Shown one piece after another: positions 10,728 through 21,379 of a DNA stretch of 64,000 bases (position 1 is the stretch's first letter; every line of letters starts with the position of its first letter). The stretch is taken from contig JAKSUQ010000008.1 in assembly GCA_024408855.1 (NCBI GenBank), positions 3,072-67,071 of the forward strand, read 5' to 3'. This DNA comes from a bacterium (GTDB lineage: Bacteria; Cyanobacteriota; Vampirovibrionia; Gastranaerophilales; Gastranaerophilaceae). Below the pieces are notes generated by a model. The model searched no databases, was not told the DNA's origin, and saw nothing but the letters and a program-made list of their open reading frames with translations. A program made the translations under genes and the position numbers.

Positions 10728-12437
10728 TTGTCTACAAGTATTGATTATTTTGATTATATACGTATAAGCATCGCTTCACCGGAAAGGATTATGAAGTGGT
10801 CGTACGGAGAGGTTACAAAACCTGAAACGATTAATTATAGAACATTAAAACCTGAACGTGATGGTTTGTTCTGTGAAAGGATTTTCGGACCTACAAAGGA
10901 CTGGGAATGTTATTGTGGAAAGTATAAACGAGTTCGCCACAAAGGCATTATTTGTGAAAGATGCGGTGTTGAGGTTACGGATTCAAAAGTAAGACGGCAC
11001 AGAATGGGGCATATAAAACTTGCGGCTCCGGTTTCTCACATATGGTTCTTAAAAGGTATTCCATCTTATTTAGGTTTATTGTTGGATATGACCTTGAAAG
11101 ATTTGGAACAAGTTATTTATTTTAATAATTATGTAGTAATAGATCCTGCGGATAGCCAATTTAAGAAACTTCAGCTCTTAACAGAAGAAGAATATGAAGA
11201 TTTTGTTATGGAAAATGAAGATACCAAATTGGAAGTAGGTATCGGAGCCGAAGCGATTAAAAAACTTTTAAGTGAAATAAACACAAAAGAATTGGCTGAA
11301 GAAATCAGAACAGAACTTGCAAATGGTGTTACTTCCGTTCAAAAGAAAGGTAAGTTAATCAAAAGATTACGCTTATTGGATTCATTGATTTCATCTGAAA
11401 CGGAGCCTACTTGGATGGTAATGGATGTATTGCCGGTTACCCCTCCAGATTTAAGACCTATGGTTCAGTTAGACGGCGGAAGATTTGCTACATCTGACTT
11501 AAACGATTTGTATAGACGTGTTATTAACAGAAATAATCGTTTACAGAGATTGTTAGAAATGGGTGCTCCGGAAATCATTGTAAGAAACGAAAAACGTATG
11601 TTACAAGAAGCTGTTGACGCTCTTATTGATAATGGTCGCAGAGGAAGAACTGTTGTAGGTCCAAATAATCGTGCTTTAAAATCGTTATCTAATATTATTG
11701 AAGGTAAACAAGGTCGTTTTCGTCAAAACTTATTGGGTAAACGTGTTGATTATTCCGGTCGTTCAGTTATTGTTGTAGGTCCTACATTGAAACTTAATCA
11801 ATGCGGTTTGCCGAAAGAAATGGCAATTGAGTTGTTCAAACCGTTTGTTGTTAATAAACTTATCGAAAGGGGATATGTTCAAAACATCAAATCAGCTAAG
11901 AAAATGATTGAAAGATCTGATGCTAAAGTTTGGGATATCTTGGAAGAAATTATTGACGGACATCCGGTAATGCTGAACAGAGCACCAACTCTTCACAGAC
12001 TTGGTATACAAGCATTTGAACCAAAATTGGTTGAGGGTCGTGCAATTCAGTTACATCCGTTGGTATGTACAGCGTTCAATGCGGATTTTGACGGCGACCA
12101 GATGGCTGTTCACGTACCTTTGTCAATTGAAGCTCAAACCGAAGCAAGAATGTTAATGCTTTCTACAAATAATATCTTGGCTCCTGCAAACGGAAAACCT
12201 ATAATTACTCCGTCTCAGGATATGGTTTTGGGTATGTATTACCTTACAATCATGAAAGATCCTGAACAAAAGGTAGTAGGATATTTTTATAGCTTCCAAG
12301 ATGCAATTTCAGCATTAGAAGCCAACATTATTACTTTGCACGACAAAATTGTCGTTAGAGATGAAAAAGGTAAGAGAATTGAAACTACTGTTGGCAGAAT
12401 TATATTCAATGAAGCTGTAAGAAAAGCTCTTGCTTAG
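10728..12437 (+). CDS. rpoC1: RNA polymerase gamma subunit (N-terminal part of split beta')
   Basis: Zn finger CYCGKYK...CERC and catalytic NADFDGD; ends at the cyanobacterial split point ([14 protein letters not shown]). Confidence 0.97.
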   Translation: MSTSIDYFDYIRISIASPERIMKWSYGEVTKPETINYRTLKPERDGLFCERIFGPTKDWECYCGKYKRVRHKGIICERCGVEVTDSKVRRHRMGHIKLAAPVSHIWFLKGIPSYLGLLLDMTLKDLEQVIYFNNYVVIDPADSQFKKLQLLTEEEYEDFVMENEDTKLEVGIGAEAIKKLLSEINTKELAEEIRTELANGVTSVQKKGKLIKRLRLLDSLISSETEPTWMVMDVLPVTPPDLRPMVQLDGGRFATSDLNDLYRRVINRNNRLQRLLEMGAPEIIVRNEKRMLQEAVDALIDNGRRGRTVVGPNNRALKSLSNIIEGKQGRFRQNLLGKRVDYSGRSVIVVGPTLKLNQCGLPKEMAIELFKPFVVNKLIERGYVQNIKSAKKMIERSDAKVWDILEEIIDGHPVMLNRAPTLHRLGIQAFEPKLVEGRAIQLHPLVCTAFNADFDGDQMAVHVPLSIEAQTEARMLMLSTNNILAPANGKPIITPSQDMVLGMYYLTIMKDPEQKVVGYFYSFQDAISALEANIITLHDKIVVRDEKGKRIETTVGRIIFNEAVRKALA

Positions 12438-12490
12438 TTTAAGGCAAACAGTTTCCAAAGAGAATTTATTAAGATAAAGGAAAAGATAAT

Positions 12491-15400
12491 ATGGAAAATA
12501 CTTATGCACACAAAAGTCATACACCGGATTTTATCAATAAGCAGATGGATAAGGGTGGATTGAAGAAGTTGTTAGCTCAAATGTATTTGGAATACGGCGG
12601 AGCAAAGACAGCAGAATTAGCTAATACTCTTAAGAATCTCGGTTACAAATATGCAACAAAATCAGGTGTTACGATTTCTATCGCAGACTTGACAGTTCCG
12701 GAAACAAAGAAAAATTTGTTGAAGGATGCTGAGGCTGAAATTGAAAAGTCTACAAACAGATATTTAAAAGGTGAAATTACAGAAGTTGAAAGATATACAA
12801 AAGTTATCGATACTTGGTCAGAAACAACGGCTAAGTTAACGGAACAGGTAGTTGAGAATTTTGATAAATTAAATCCTGTTTATATGATGGCATTCTCTGG
12901 AGCGAGAGGTAATTTATCACAGGTTTCTCAGTTAGTCGGGATGAGAGGTTTGATGGCAGACGCACAAGGTCAAATCGTTGACATGCCTATTACATCTAAC
13001 TTCAAAGAAGGTCTTTCTGTTACAGAGTATATTATTTCATCTTATGGTGCAAGAAAAGGTCTTGTAGATACTGCTCTTAAAACAGCTGACTCAGGTTACT
13101 TGACAAGAAGACTTGTTGACGTTGCTCAAGACGTAATTATAAGAGGCGAAGATTGTGGTGGTGATAAATATATCAATATGAAGCCGATTATGGAAGGGGA
13201 TACGGTTATAGTACCTCTTATTGACAGATTATTGGGCAGAACTGTTGCTCAAGATATATTCGATGAAGACGGTAAAACTATATTGGTTGCAAAGAATACA
13301 ACTCTTGATCGTAAAGATATTAAGAGAATTTCGCACCTCAATCTTACAGAACTGAAAGTGCGTTCAGGTTTAACTTGTAGTTTGGAATATGGAGTTTGCC
13401 AAAAATGTTATGGTTGGGCATTGACTACACAAAAATTGGTTGATGTAGGTGAAGCAATCGGTATTATAGCTGCTCAATCAATCGGTGAACCTGGTACTCA
13501 GTTAACAATGAGAACATTCCACACGGGTGGTGCTGTTGGTGTAAAAGAAGCTGCAAGAGAAGTTGTTTCTACCATAGCAGGTACTGTTGCAAGCAAGATT
13601 AAGACAAGAGAATTGAGAACAAGACACGGTGATATTGTTAGAGTTTCTATTTGTGAATCAGATGTTGAAATTTCTAACGGTAAAAAATCTGAGTCTTACC
13701 ATATTCCTGCAGGAGCAACTGTATTCATAGAAGAAGGTCAAAAAATCGAAAAGAATTTTGTATTGGCTGAATATAGACCAAGTTCAAATGAGTCCGGTCG
13801 TTTAACTGAAAAAGCTACAAAGGATATTAATTCTGATATGTCCGGGGAAGTGCTTTTTGAAGATTTTGTTGCAGATGAAAAGAAAGACAGACAAGGTAAT
13901 ATTTCAAGAACAGCTAATAAGAACGGTATAGTTTGGATTATCGGTGGTGATGTCTACAATCTCCCCGGTGGTTCAAAAGTATTGGTTGAGGATGAACAAA
14001 AAGTTAAATCCGGTGATAAATTAGCTGAAACTTTGATGATTTCTGAGCATGGTGGTGAAATCCGTTATACAGAAGATTTAGAAATCGAAACTGTTAAAAA
14101 TGGTAAAAATGTGATAAATAAAATCGTAAAAGGTAAAGAAGTTACAATTGTTATCGCGTCATTAACTCCAAAGAATGCAACTTTTGAACAAACGAAGAAA
14201 GAACAGCTTTGGACAGTTAAAAAAACCGGTGAAAAGTATATCGTTAAAGCACCGATTGATACAACTGTGGAAAATGGTATGATTATTGCCGAATTAGTTG
14301 ATGACGAATGTGCTGTTTCATCTTCAGGAGAGATAAGATATATAGATGTCGAAGTTGATGAAAATCAAATTGTAACAAAATCAGGTAATATAGTATTTGT
14401 TCCGGAAGAAATTCATCAAATCAACAAAGATGCAACCTTGAAGATGGTTGAAAACGGTACTTTTGTTACAGCAGGAACCGAAGTTGTAAAAGACGTATAT
14501 TGTCATATAGACGGTATTGTTGAATTTAAAGAATTTAATGAAGTAATTCATGAAGTTACTATCAGACCCGGTGAAGTTCATACTTTGTCAAGCATTTCCG
14601 AATTAAAGATTGAGGAAGGTACTGTTGTTGAAGCTGGTACTACAATCGCAAAAGGAATTAAGGCAAAAGAAACTTCTATCGTAACTTTGATGGAAATGGA
14701 TTTTGATGATTTAGATATTGATGATTTAGACGAAGAAATTGATACAACAATGTCTCTTGAAGAAGAATCATTGGAAGACAAGCCTGTTCAAATATTGATA
14801 AGACCTGTTCAACCGTTGTATATTGAACCAAAAGAAGTATCTATCAAGTTTAATACAACAGACGAATTAATAAACATTGTTCCTGTAACACAGTTACAGT
14901 TCAAAGATGGTGCACGAGTAAGAAATATCGACGGTGCAACATTAACAAGAACAAGTTTAGTTCTTCAAATGCAGGGTTATTTATCACACCTTAAAGGTTT
15001 GGTAGAACTTGATGCAAACGGAGAATTAAAAGTTGTTGTACTGGAAACTTTAATTGTACGTCGTGAACAAGAGGGTGGTGCAAAGGCAAGCTCGTCTTTG
15101 CAAACTTCTTTGCTTGTTGAAAACGGTCAAATTATTGAACCAAAGACTGCGGTTGCAAAAACTGAAGTTTTAGCAATTAATGATGGTGTAGCTTCAATAA
15201 AAGGTGATATTTCTGAATCAAGAAGATTATTAATTAATTGTTCTAAATATGAAACAGTTGTTCCAACCAAGAAGAAGCCTTCTGTTAAAAAAGGAACTTT
15301 CATAAAATTAGATACACCGCTTGCCGCTTCTGAGGAAGTAGCTCCTGTTTCAGGTATTATATCTGATGTAAGCGAGAAATCTGTTACAATCAGAAACGGT

Positions 15401-16360
15401 CGACCATACTTAATTAGCCCTGGTACTATGTTGCAGGTGAGCGAAGGTTCTTTGGTACTGAGAGGTGATATGTTAGCATCCTTGGTATTTGAAAGAGAAA
15501 AAACCGGTGATATCGTTCAAGGTTTGCCAAGAGTAGAAGAATTGCTCGAAGCAAGAAAACCTAAAGACTGTGCTATACTTGCAGAGCATGACGGTGTAGC
15601 TGAAATTGAAATTGAAGATGATGTACCAAGATTGTTCTTAGTAACTGATGAAGGTGCAAGAATTGAAATCAAGTTTGCAATTGATGCAAGCATAGTAGTT
15701 ACAAATAAACAAAAAATTAAAAAGGGTCAGCCGCTTACAAGCGGACCTCTGAATCCGCATGATGTAATAAGGTTATGCGGACCGGAAGAAGCTCAACAAT
15801 ATTTAGTTGATGAGGTTCAGAGGGTTTACCATTCTCAGGGTGTTGAAATCGCAGATAAACATATCGAAATAATTGTTCGTCAAATGACAAAGAAAGTTCG
15901 TGTTGTTGATTCCGGTGATACAAACTTATTACCTGGTGAATTGGTTGAAGTTCAGGTATTTGAAAATGAGAATAAAGCAGTAAGAGAACATGACGGACAA
16001 GAAGCAACTTGTGAGTACATGTTATTAGGTATTACAAAAGCATCTTTGAATACTGAAAGCTTCATTTCGGCTGCATCTTTCCAAGAAACTACAAGAATTC
16101 TTACAGAAGCTGCTGTTGACGGAAAGAAAGACTTATTAAGAGGTTTGAAAGAAAACGTTATTATAGGTCGTTTAATTCCTGCCGGAACGGGTTATCATCA
16201 TTTGTCTTTTGCAAATGAAGAACGTGATAAAGAAGCACAAAAACGTGCTGCTCAACGTAATCAGGCAAGAAAACCATCTGCAATATTGGAGGAAATCGAA
16301 GGAATGTTCGGTTCTCCGGAATTAGCAGAAGAAGCCGATAACTCTTCAAGTGAAGAATAA
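12491..16360 (+). CDS. rpoC2: RNA polymerase beta' subunit (C-terminal part) with a large trigger-loop insertion
   Basis: KTADSGYLTRRLVD, GEPGTQLTMRTFHTGG, long insert, then DIVQGLPRVEELLEAR and SFISAASFQETT. Confidence 0.96.
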   Translation: MENTYAHKSHTPDFINKQMDKGGLKKLLAQMYLEYGGAKTAELANTLKNLGYKYATKSGVTISIADLTVPETKKNLLKDAEAEIEKSTNRYLKGEITEVERYTKVIDTWSETTAKLTEQVVENFDKLNPVYMMAFSGARGNLSQVSQLVGMRGLMADAQGQIVDMPITSNFKEGLSVTEYIISSYGARKGLVDTALKTADSGYLTRRLVDVAQDVIIRGEDCGGDKYINMKPIMEGDTVIVPLIDRLLGRTVAQDIFDEDGKTILVAKNTTLDRKDIKRISHLNLTELKVRSGLTCSLEYGVCQKCYGWALTTQKLVDVGEAIGIIAAQSIGEPGTQLTMRTFHTGGAVGVKEAAREVVSTIAGTVASKIKTRELRTRHGDIVRVSICESDVEISNGKKSESYHIPAGATVFIEEGQKIEKNFVLAEYRPSSNESGRLTEKATKDINSDMSGEVLFEDFVADEKKDRQGNISRTANKNGIVWIIGGDVYNLPGGSKVLVEDEQKVKSGDKLAETLMISEHGGEIRYTEDLEIETVKNGKNVINKIVKGKEVTIVIASLTPKNATFEQTKKEQLWTVKKTGEKYIVKAPIDTTVENGMIIAELVDDECAVSSSGEIRYIDVEVDENQIVTKSGNIVFVPEEIHQINKDATLKMVENGTFVTAGTEVVKDVYCHIDGIVEFKEFNEVIHEVTIRPGEVHTLSSISELKIEEGTVVEAGTTIAKGIKAKETSIVTLMEMDFDDLDIDDLDEEIDTTMSLEEESLEDKPVQILIRPVQPLYIEPKEVSIKFNTTDELINIVPVTQLQFKDGARVRNIDGATLTRTSLVLQMQGYLSHLKGLVELDANGELKVVVLETLIVRREQEGGAKASSSLQTSLLVENGQIIEPKTAVAKTEVLAINDGVASIKGDISESRRLLINCSKYETVVPTKKKPSVKKGTFIKLDTPLAASEEVAPVSGIISDVSEKSVTIRNGRPYLISPGTMLQVSEGSLVLRGDMLASLVFEREKTGDIVQGLPRVEELLEARKPKDCAILAEHDGVAEIEIEDDVPRLFLVTDEGARIEIKFAIDASIVVTNKQKIKKGQPLTSGPLNPHDVIRLCGPEEAQQYLVDEVQRVYHSQGVEIADKHIEIIVRQMTKKVRVVDSGDTNLLPGELVEVQVFENENKAVREHDGQEATCEYMLLGITKASLNTESFISAASFQETTRILTEAAVDGKKDLLRGLKENVIIGRLIPAGTGYHHLSFANEERDKEAQKRAAQRNQARKPSAILEEIEGMFGSPELAEEADNSSSEE

Positions 16361-16383
16361 TTTAGTTATTAATAAATAAAAAT

Positions 16384-16413
16384 GAACGCTCAATAAAATG
16401 GGCGTTCTTTTTT
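16384..16413 (+). terminator. Intrinsic terminator of the rpoBC operon
   Basis: GAACGCTC-8 nt-GGGCGTTC followed by T6. Confidence 0.8.
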
Positions 16414-16448
16414 ATTGTAATAATCACTCAGTTTACAAATCTTTACAA

Positions 16449-16480
16449 AGCTCAAATATATATGTATATATATTTGAGCT
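16449..16480. repeat. 14-bp perfect inverted repeat
   Basis: AGCTCAAATATATA-TGTA-TATATATTTGAGCT. Confidence 0.8.
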
Positions 16481-16599
16481 CTGTATATAAAAATTTTTTT
16501 ATTCAAATGGTAATTTTTTATACGAAATAAACTTTATCAATATATGAGATTTTAAGAAAATAAACAGTTGGATATTAAGAAAAGAAAGCGAGGAAAATT

Positions 16600-17415
16600 A
16601 TGTGTAATGCAGATTTTAATTGTAGTTTGATAGCAGGATACAAAGGTTTGTATCAGGATACTTGGAAAGGACCAAATCAGTTATCAAAAGTTTATAGCAA
16701 TAATGCTATGTTTGGAGCAAAAGCAGAATTTAAAAATTTTGAGGCTAAGGCTTAAACGTGTTTTGGATGTAAAAATGATGATGGTGCTTTAGGAACGGAT
16801 AAAAGTAGAACTTTTGGCGCAAAAGGTGAAATTAATTACAATATACCTTTGATTAAGGATGAAAAAGGTTCAAATAAATTGTCTGCTAATGTTGGTGCTT
16901 TTGGTGAAATTAGTACTCGTTCAGATGAAAGCTCAAGATTTTATTCCGATGCGAGGGTATATTTCAGTATTGACCCTAATTCCAGACCTCCGAAGATGCC
17001 ATCAACTGAATCTTACTCTGTGAACGATAATAAAACTGTTTTTGCAGGTGCAAAAGCCGGTTTATGCTATAACCCTACTCCAAATGTAAAAATAGAGGCA
17101 GGTGTAAAAGGCGGCTACATTTCGGGAAACGGTAGTTTTAATGATGAAACAACAACCATTACTGTAAATAATTCGAGTACAAGTGAAGATCCATGGGTTG
17201 GAGGGTATGCAGGGGAGCATTCTGATAATTGGATGCCTCCAACAGCAAATCATGCAACAACCATCGTTGATAAACGTGAGATCTCTGCAACATATAAATG
17301 GAATAATTGTGGTATTACTCCGTACGGTGAGGTTGAGGTTAAATGCGACCGTATAGGTTTAGGAGCTGCAGTGGATAAGAACAGCATTTCAGCAGGATTA
17401 AATATTTATTTGTAA
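16600..17415 (+). pseudogene. Probable beta-barrel/outer-membrane-like protein interrupted by an in-frame TAA
   Basis: ATG 16600 with SD GAGG; 51 codons; TAA at 16753-16755; same frame continues without stops into ORF 16849-17415. Repeated FGAKAE/FGAKGE/FAGAKAG strand-like motifs and C-terminal AGLNIYL. Confidence 0.6.
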
Positions 17416-17434
17416 AAATCCTTTTTATATATGC

Positions 17435-17464
17435 AAAAAGATGTTCTTATATGAACATCTTTTT
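17435..17464. terminator. Probable bidirectional terminator between convergent genes
   Basis: AAAAGATGTTC-TTATAT-GAACATCTTTT with A/T tails. Confidence 0.7.
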
Positions 17465-17485
17465 GTTTTATATAAATACAAACTG

Positions 17486-18142
17486 TTAATTATTTGCTGA
17501 GGTTTCGGCAAGTTTTTCTTTTAATTCTTGAATTTCATATTTAAGTCTGTTAAGTTCGCATTTAATCGGATCAGGAATTCTGTTATGCATAAGAACTCCA
17601 TCTTTGTTAAGTACTTGCTGCTGTACGATTCTTCCGGGAATTCCTACGACAGTCGAGTTATCAGGTACATCATCAATAACAACAGAACCTGCGCCGACTC
17701 TTACATTATCGCCAAGTGTAATGTTTCCCAATACTTTAGCTCCTGCTCCAATGATAACATTATTTCCGATTGTGGGGTGTCTTTTTGCGTGTTGTGCACC
17801 TGTTCCGCCAAGGGTTACTTGTTGGTAGATTAAAACATCATCCCCGATAATTGTTGTTTCGCCAATTACAACACCTTCGCCGTGGTCAATAAAAAATCTT
17901 TTGCCTATTCTTGCTTTTGGATGAATTTCTATTCCGGTGAATATTCTTGACCAGTACGAAATTAATCTTGGGATAAAAGGAATATTCCAATATGCCAGTT
18001 TGTGTGCAATTCTGTGAAATATGAGGGCTTGTAAGCCCGGGTAGCAAAAAATAACTTCTGCTAAATTGTTTGCGGCAGGATCTTTTTCGTAAATGACCTT
18101 TATATCTTCTTTTATTTGTTTTATGGCTCGCGCTAATAACAT
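17486..18142 (-). CDS. cysE: Serine O-acetyltransferase
   Basis: DPAA...[38 protein letters not shown] hexapeptide repeats. Confidence 0.93.
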   Translation of the reverse strand: MLLARAIKQIKEDIKVIYEKDPAANNLAEVIFCYPGLQALIFHRIAHKLAYWNIPFIPRLISYWSRIFTGIEIHPKARIGKRFFIDHGEGVVIGETTIIGDDVLIYQQVTLGGTGAQHAKRHPTIGNNVIIGAGAKVLGNITLGDNVRVGAGSVVIDDVPDNSTVVGIPGRIVQQQVLNKDGVLMHNRIPDPIKCELNRLKYEIQELKEKLAETSANN

Positions 18143-18191
18143 AAATTTAATCCTTTAATTTTATTATAATATTAAATTTTTATATTACATT

Positions 18192-19058
18192 CTACCAAAC
18201 GGATAAATATCTGTCGCCACCGTCCGGAATTATTGTAACTATCAATCTTTGAGGATATTTTTTAGATAGTTCTTTCGCGGCTGCAAGATTGGCACCGCCC
18301 GATATTCCTATAAATAGTCCTTTTTCTTTTGCAATCGCTTTAGCTTCTTCCATGGCTCTATCTGTGCTTATGGTTAAAATTCCATCAAGAGTTTTTCCTT
18401 GACATAAATCCGGAATAAAGTTGGCACCAATTCCCTGTATTCCGTGAATGCCGGATTTTCCTTCCGTAAATAAAGGACTTTCTTTCGGCTCAACACCAAA
18501 AACCATAGAATGTTTTAAATATTTTTTTAGACCAAATGCTGTTCCGCCTGTACCTATTCCTGCCACAACTATGTCGACTGTATTGCCGGTATCATCCAAA
18601 ATTTCTTTTGCAGTTTGTTTGTGGGCTTCTAAATTATCAGGATTAGAAAATTGCATAGGAATAAAGCTATTTGAATATGTATTTTTTAATTCGTTTGCTT
18701 TATCAACAGCTCCTTGCATACCAAGCTCTTTTGGAGTTAAAACAAGTTCTGCTCCGTATGAAGCTATGCTTTTTTTTCTTTCCTCTGACATATTTTCAGG
18801 CATACAAATGATTAGTTTTAAATTAAGAACTGCACAAACCATAGCCAAACCAATTCCTGTATTTCCGCTGGTAGGCTCAATTATTACAGTGTTCTCATTT
18901 ATTTCATCCCTGTCAAATGCTGATTGTATCATTGAATAAGCAACGCGGTCTTTTATTGAGCCGGCCGGATTGAATTGCTCCAATTTTAACCAAATGTTAT
19001 CATCATAAATAAACATTGGTGTATTACCGATTAATTCAAGTACATTATTATATAACAT
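18192..19058 (-). CDS. cysK: Cysteine synthase A (PLP)
   Basis: KLEQFNPAGSIKDR, EPTSGNTGIG, GTGGT, HGIQGIG, PDGGDRYLS. Confidence 0.93.
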   Translation of the reverse strand: MLYNNVLELIGNTPMFIYDDNIWLKLEQFNPAGSIKDRVAYSMIQSAFDRDEINENTVIIEPTSGNTGIGLAMVCAVLNLKLIICMPENMSEERKKSIASYGAELVLTPKELGMQGAVDKANELKNTYSNSFIPMQFSNPDNLEAHKQTAKEILDDTGNTVDIVVAGIGTGGTAFGLKKYLKHSMVFGVEPKESPLFTEGKSGIHGIQGIGANFIPDLCQGKTLDGILTISTDRAMEEAKAIAKEKGLFIGISGGANLAAAKELSKKYPQRLIVTIIPDGGDRYLSVW

Positions 19059-19068
19059 AGATTAATTC

Positions 19069-20301
19069 CTAAACTAATTTTGCAAACTTACGTTTTCCTG
19101 CTTGAAGAACTTTGTTTAATCCGGAAGGTATACTTAAACTCATATCTAAAATCTTTTCGCCGTCTAATTTAACACCTCCGCCCTGTATTAATCTTTTTGC
19201 TTCCCCTTTACTTTGTACGAAGTTTAATTTTACAAGCAAGTCTAAAATATTGATTTCAGCATCAATTTTGATGTCTTCAATATCATCAGGAATGCCTTTA
19301 TTTGAAACGACATTTATAAAATCTTCTTGAGCCTTATCTGCCCCTTCTTTACCGTGATATTCCTCTGTTATAAGATGGGCTAATTTCATTTTTAAATCTC
19401 TCGGATTAATAGCTTTAGTTTCAATTTGTTTATCCATCGTTTCCAATTCATATTTTCCGACATCCGTCAATAATGAGAAATATCTTGTAATTATGTTATC
19501 AGGTATGCTCATTAATTTACCGAACATATCTTTAGCACTGTCAGTCAGAGAAATGCAATGTTCAGGATAAGTTTTTGACATTTTGACAACACCGTCAGTT
19601 CCCTCTAATAAAGGCAACATCATTACTAATTGAGGATATTTTTTCCCGTATGCGGTTTGAATATCACGTCCGAGTAAAGTATTAAACCTTTGGTCAGTTC
19701 CGCCTAATTCAATGTCAGAGTCTATGGCAACAGAGTCATATGCTTGCATTAAAGGGTAGAAAAATTCATGAATTGCAATAGGTTTGCCTTCTGCGTACCT
19801 TTTTGCAAAATCATCTCTTGTCATCATTTGTGCAACAGTAACTTTTCCTGCCAACTGCAAAAGCTCCATAAAAGAAAGTTTATGCAACCAATCCGCATTG
19901 TTTGTAATTTCAGCATCTGTAACATCCAAAACCTTAGCCATTTGTTCTAAATAGGTGTTTGCATTTTTATCTACTTGTTCTTTGGTAAGAGCCGGACGTG
20001 TTTCAGATTTGCCGGACGGATCCCCTATCATTGCGGTTGCACCGCCTACAATTAAAACTATTTTATGACCTAACTTTTGAAATTCTTTTAATTTACGCAT
20101 AACAACCGTATGCCCCAAGTGCAAATCCGGTCGGGTAGGGTCCATTCCAAGTTTAATACGCAAAGGTTTTTGTGTGTCGTGTGCATATTGTAATTTAGCG
20201 GCTAATTCACCAATTCCGCCATCATTGCCGGATGGCAAAACCTCTGCATTACGCGTTAATTGTTTTGCTTGTTCAATAAACTCAGATCTTATTTCTGTCA
20301 T
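19069..20301 (-). CDS. tyrS: Tyrosine--tRNA ligase
   Basis: GMDPTRPDLHLGH (HIGH), ELGGTDQRFN, KMSKT (KMSKS), C-terminal S4 domain. Confidence 0.95.
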   Translation of the reverse strand: MTEIRSEFIEQAKQLTRNAEVLPSGNDGGIGELAAKLQYAHDTQKPLRIKLGMDPTRPDLHLGHTVVMRKLKEFQKLGHKIVLIVGGATAMIGDPSGKSETRPALTKEQVDKNANTYLEQMAKVLDVTDAEITNNADWLHKLSFMELLQLAGKVTVAQMMTRDDFAKRYAEGKPIAIHEFFYPLMQAYDSVAIDSDIELGGTDQRFNTLLGRDIQTAYGKKYPQLVMMLPLLEGTDGVVKMSKTYPEHCISLTDSAKDMFGKLMSIPDNIITRYFSLLTDVGKYELETMDKQIETKAINPRDLKMKLAHLITEEYHGKEGADKAQEDFINVVSNKGIPDDIEDIKIDAEINILDLLVKLNFVQSKGEAKRLIQGGGVKLDGEKILDMSLSIPSGLNKVLQAGKRKFAKLV

Positions 20302-20370
20302 ACTATCTCCTTTAAAACATATGATGTAATGATAACAGAAATATGGTTTAAAGTCTATTTTTAAAGCAAA

Positions 20371-20535
20371 CTAACCTGCTCTTCTCATTAAATCTGATAG
20401 TTTAACATTTTTGTTTTTAATGGACGGCTCAATCTTTTTGACAACAGGTTTTGCTTTTAATTGTGATAAACCTATTGTTTGAGGTTCTTTTTCAAAAATC
20501 AGTACTTTTTGTATAAGTGATAAAACTAAGTCCAT
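20371..20535 (-). CDS. Small basic hypothetical protein, 54 aa (MDLVLSLIQKVLIFEKEPQ...KLSDLMRRAG)
   Basis: Translated by hand; GGAG SD upstream; fills the gap upstream of tyrS. Confidence 0.55.
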   Translation of the reverse strand: MDLVLSLIQKVLIFEKEPQTIGLSQLKAKPVVKKIEPSIKNKNVKLSDLMRRAG

Positions 20536-20663
20536 ATTTTATTCTCCATAATCATATTATATCGTCATATAAAATAAACTTTTCATTCATTAAACCTATT
20601 TTTTAAGTAAAAAACAATATCTGTTGTGATAAGATATTAATATAACAATAAGGATATTATAAT

Positions 20664-21371
20664 TTGAATTCAGGGTTTTATAAAGATGTAAGTACAAATT
20701 ATGAATATGCTTGCGAAATTATGGAAGAAAATTTTTCGCATGCAGCTCTTATTGAAATGCTTCAAAATGGTAATATTCCGCAAAAACAGATCGCTGCATT
20801 TAAGCTAAAAACTTTGAAAACAGAACATGACGGAAAAGTTCTTATTTCCAATTTGACTGGATGCGACGGTAAAATTAGGGAAGCTGTTGCATTTAAAATT
20901 AACAATCTTTTGAAAGAAAAATCGTGTTATTCTGAGTTTTTAAACTTTCCTGAAGTATTTGCAAATGCAACGGTTGATATAAACGGTAACATTTGCCGAC
21001 TTGTAATAGACTCGGTAAACATTTTAAAAATGAATAAAGAGTTTTCGGATGCTTACTTGAATAAAGTTCTATTAACAGTGAATGAAGCGTTTGATGGGTT
21101 GGATAAAATTATTTATAAGGATAAAAAATACGCTATAAATAAACATTTATTCAAACTGTATTGGTGTCTTGAAGCAATAAAACTTTTTACGGATTATATT
21201 TCGGAAGAAAAATTATTAAAAATATTATTGAGAGCTTCTCAAGAAAGTGAATATACAATAAGAGAAAAAGTTGCACAAATACTAATTATACTTTCATCTC
21301 CAAAGTTCGACGATTTAAAAAACACTTTAATTCACGATAGTAACTATTATGTAAGAACGGTTTTTGGATAA
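20664..21371 (+). CDS. Hypothetical helical protein with C-terminal HEAT-like repeats
   Basis: 235-aa ORF with TTG start; ESEYTIREKVAQIL...DSNYYVR is HEAT-like. Confidence 0.55.
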   Translation: MNSGFYKDVSTNYEYACEIMEENFSHAALIEMLQNGNIPQKQIAAFKLKTLKTEHDGKVLISNLTGCDGKIREAVAFKINNLLKEKSCYSEFLNFPEVFANATVDINGNICRLVIDSVNILKMNKEFSDAYLNKVLLTVNEAFDGLDKIIYKDKKYAINKHLFKLYWCLEAIKLFTDYISEEKLLKILLRASQESEYTIREKVAQILIILSSPKFDDLKNTLIHDSNYYVRTVFG

Positions 21372-21379
21372 CAACAATT

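Noticed and set aside
7324-16349. Numerous 60-90 aa ORFs antisense to rpoB/rpoC (likewise within dnaE, hsdR, gltD and cysK)
   Set aside because: They are shadow ORFs of long conserved genes, with no SD or domain support.
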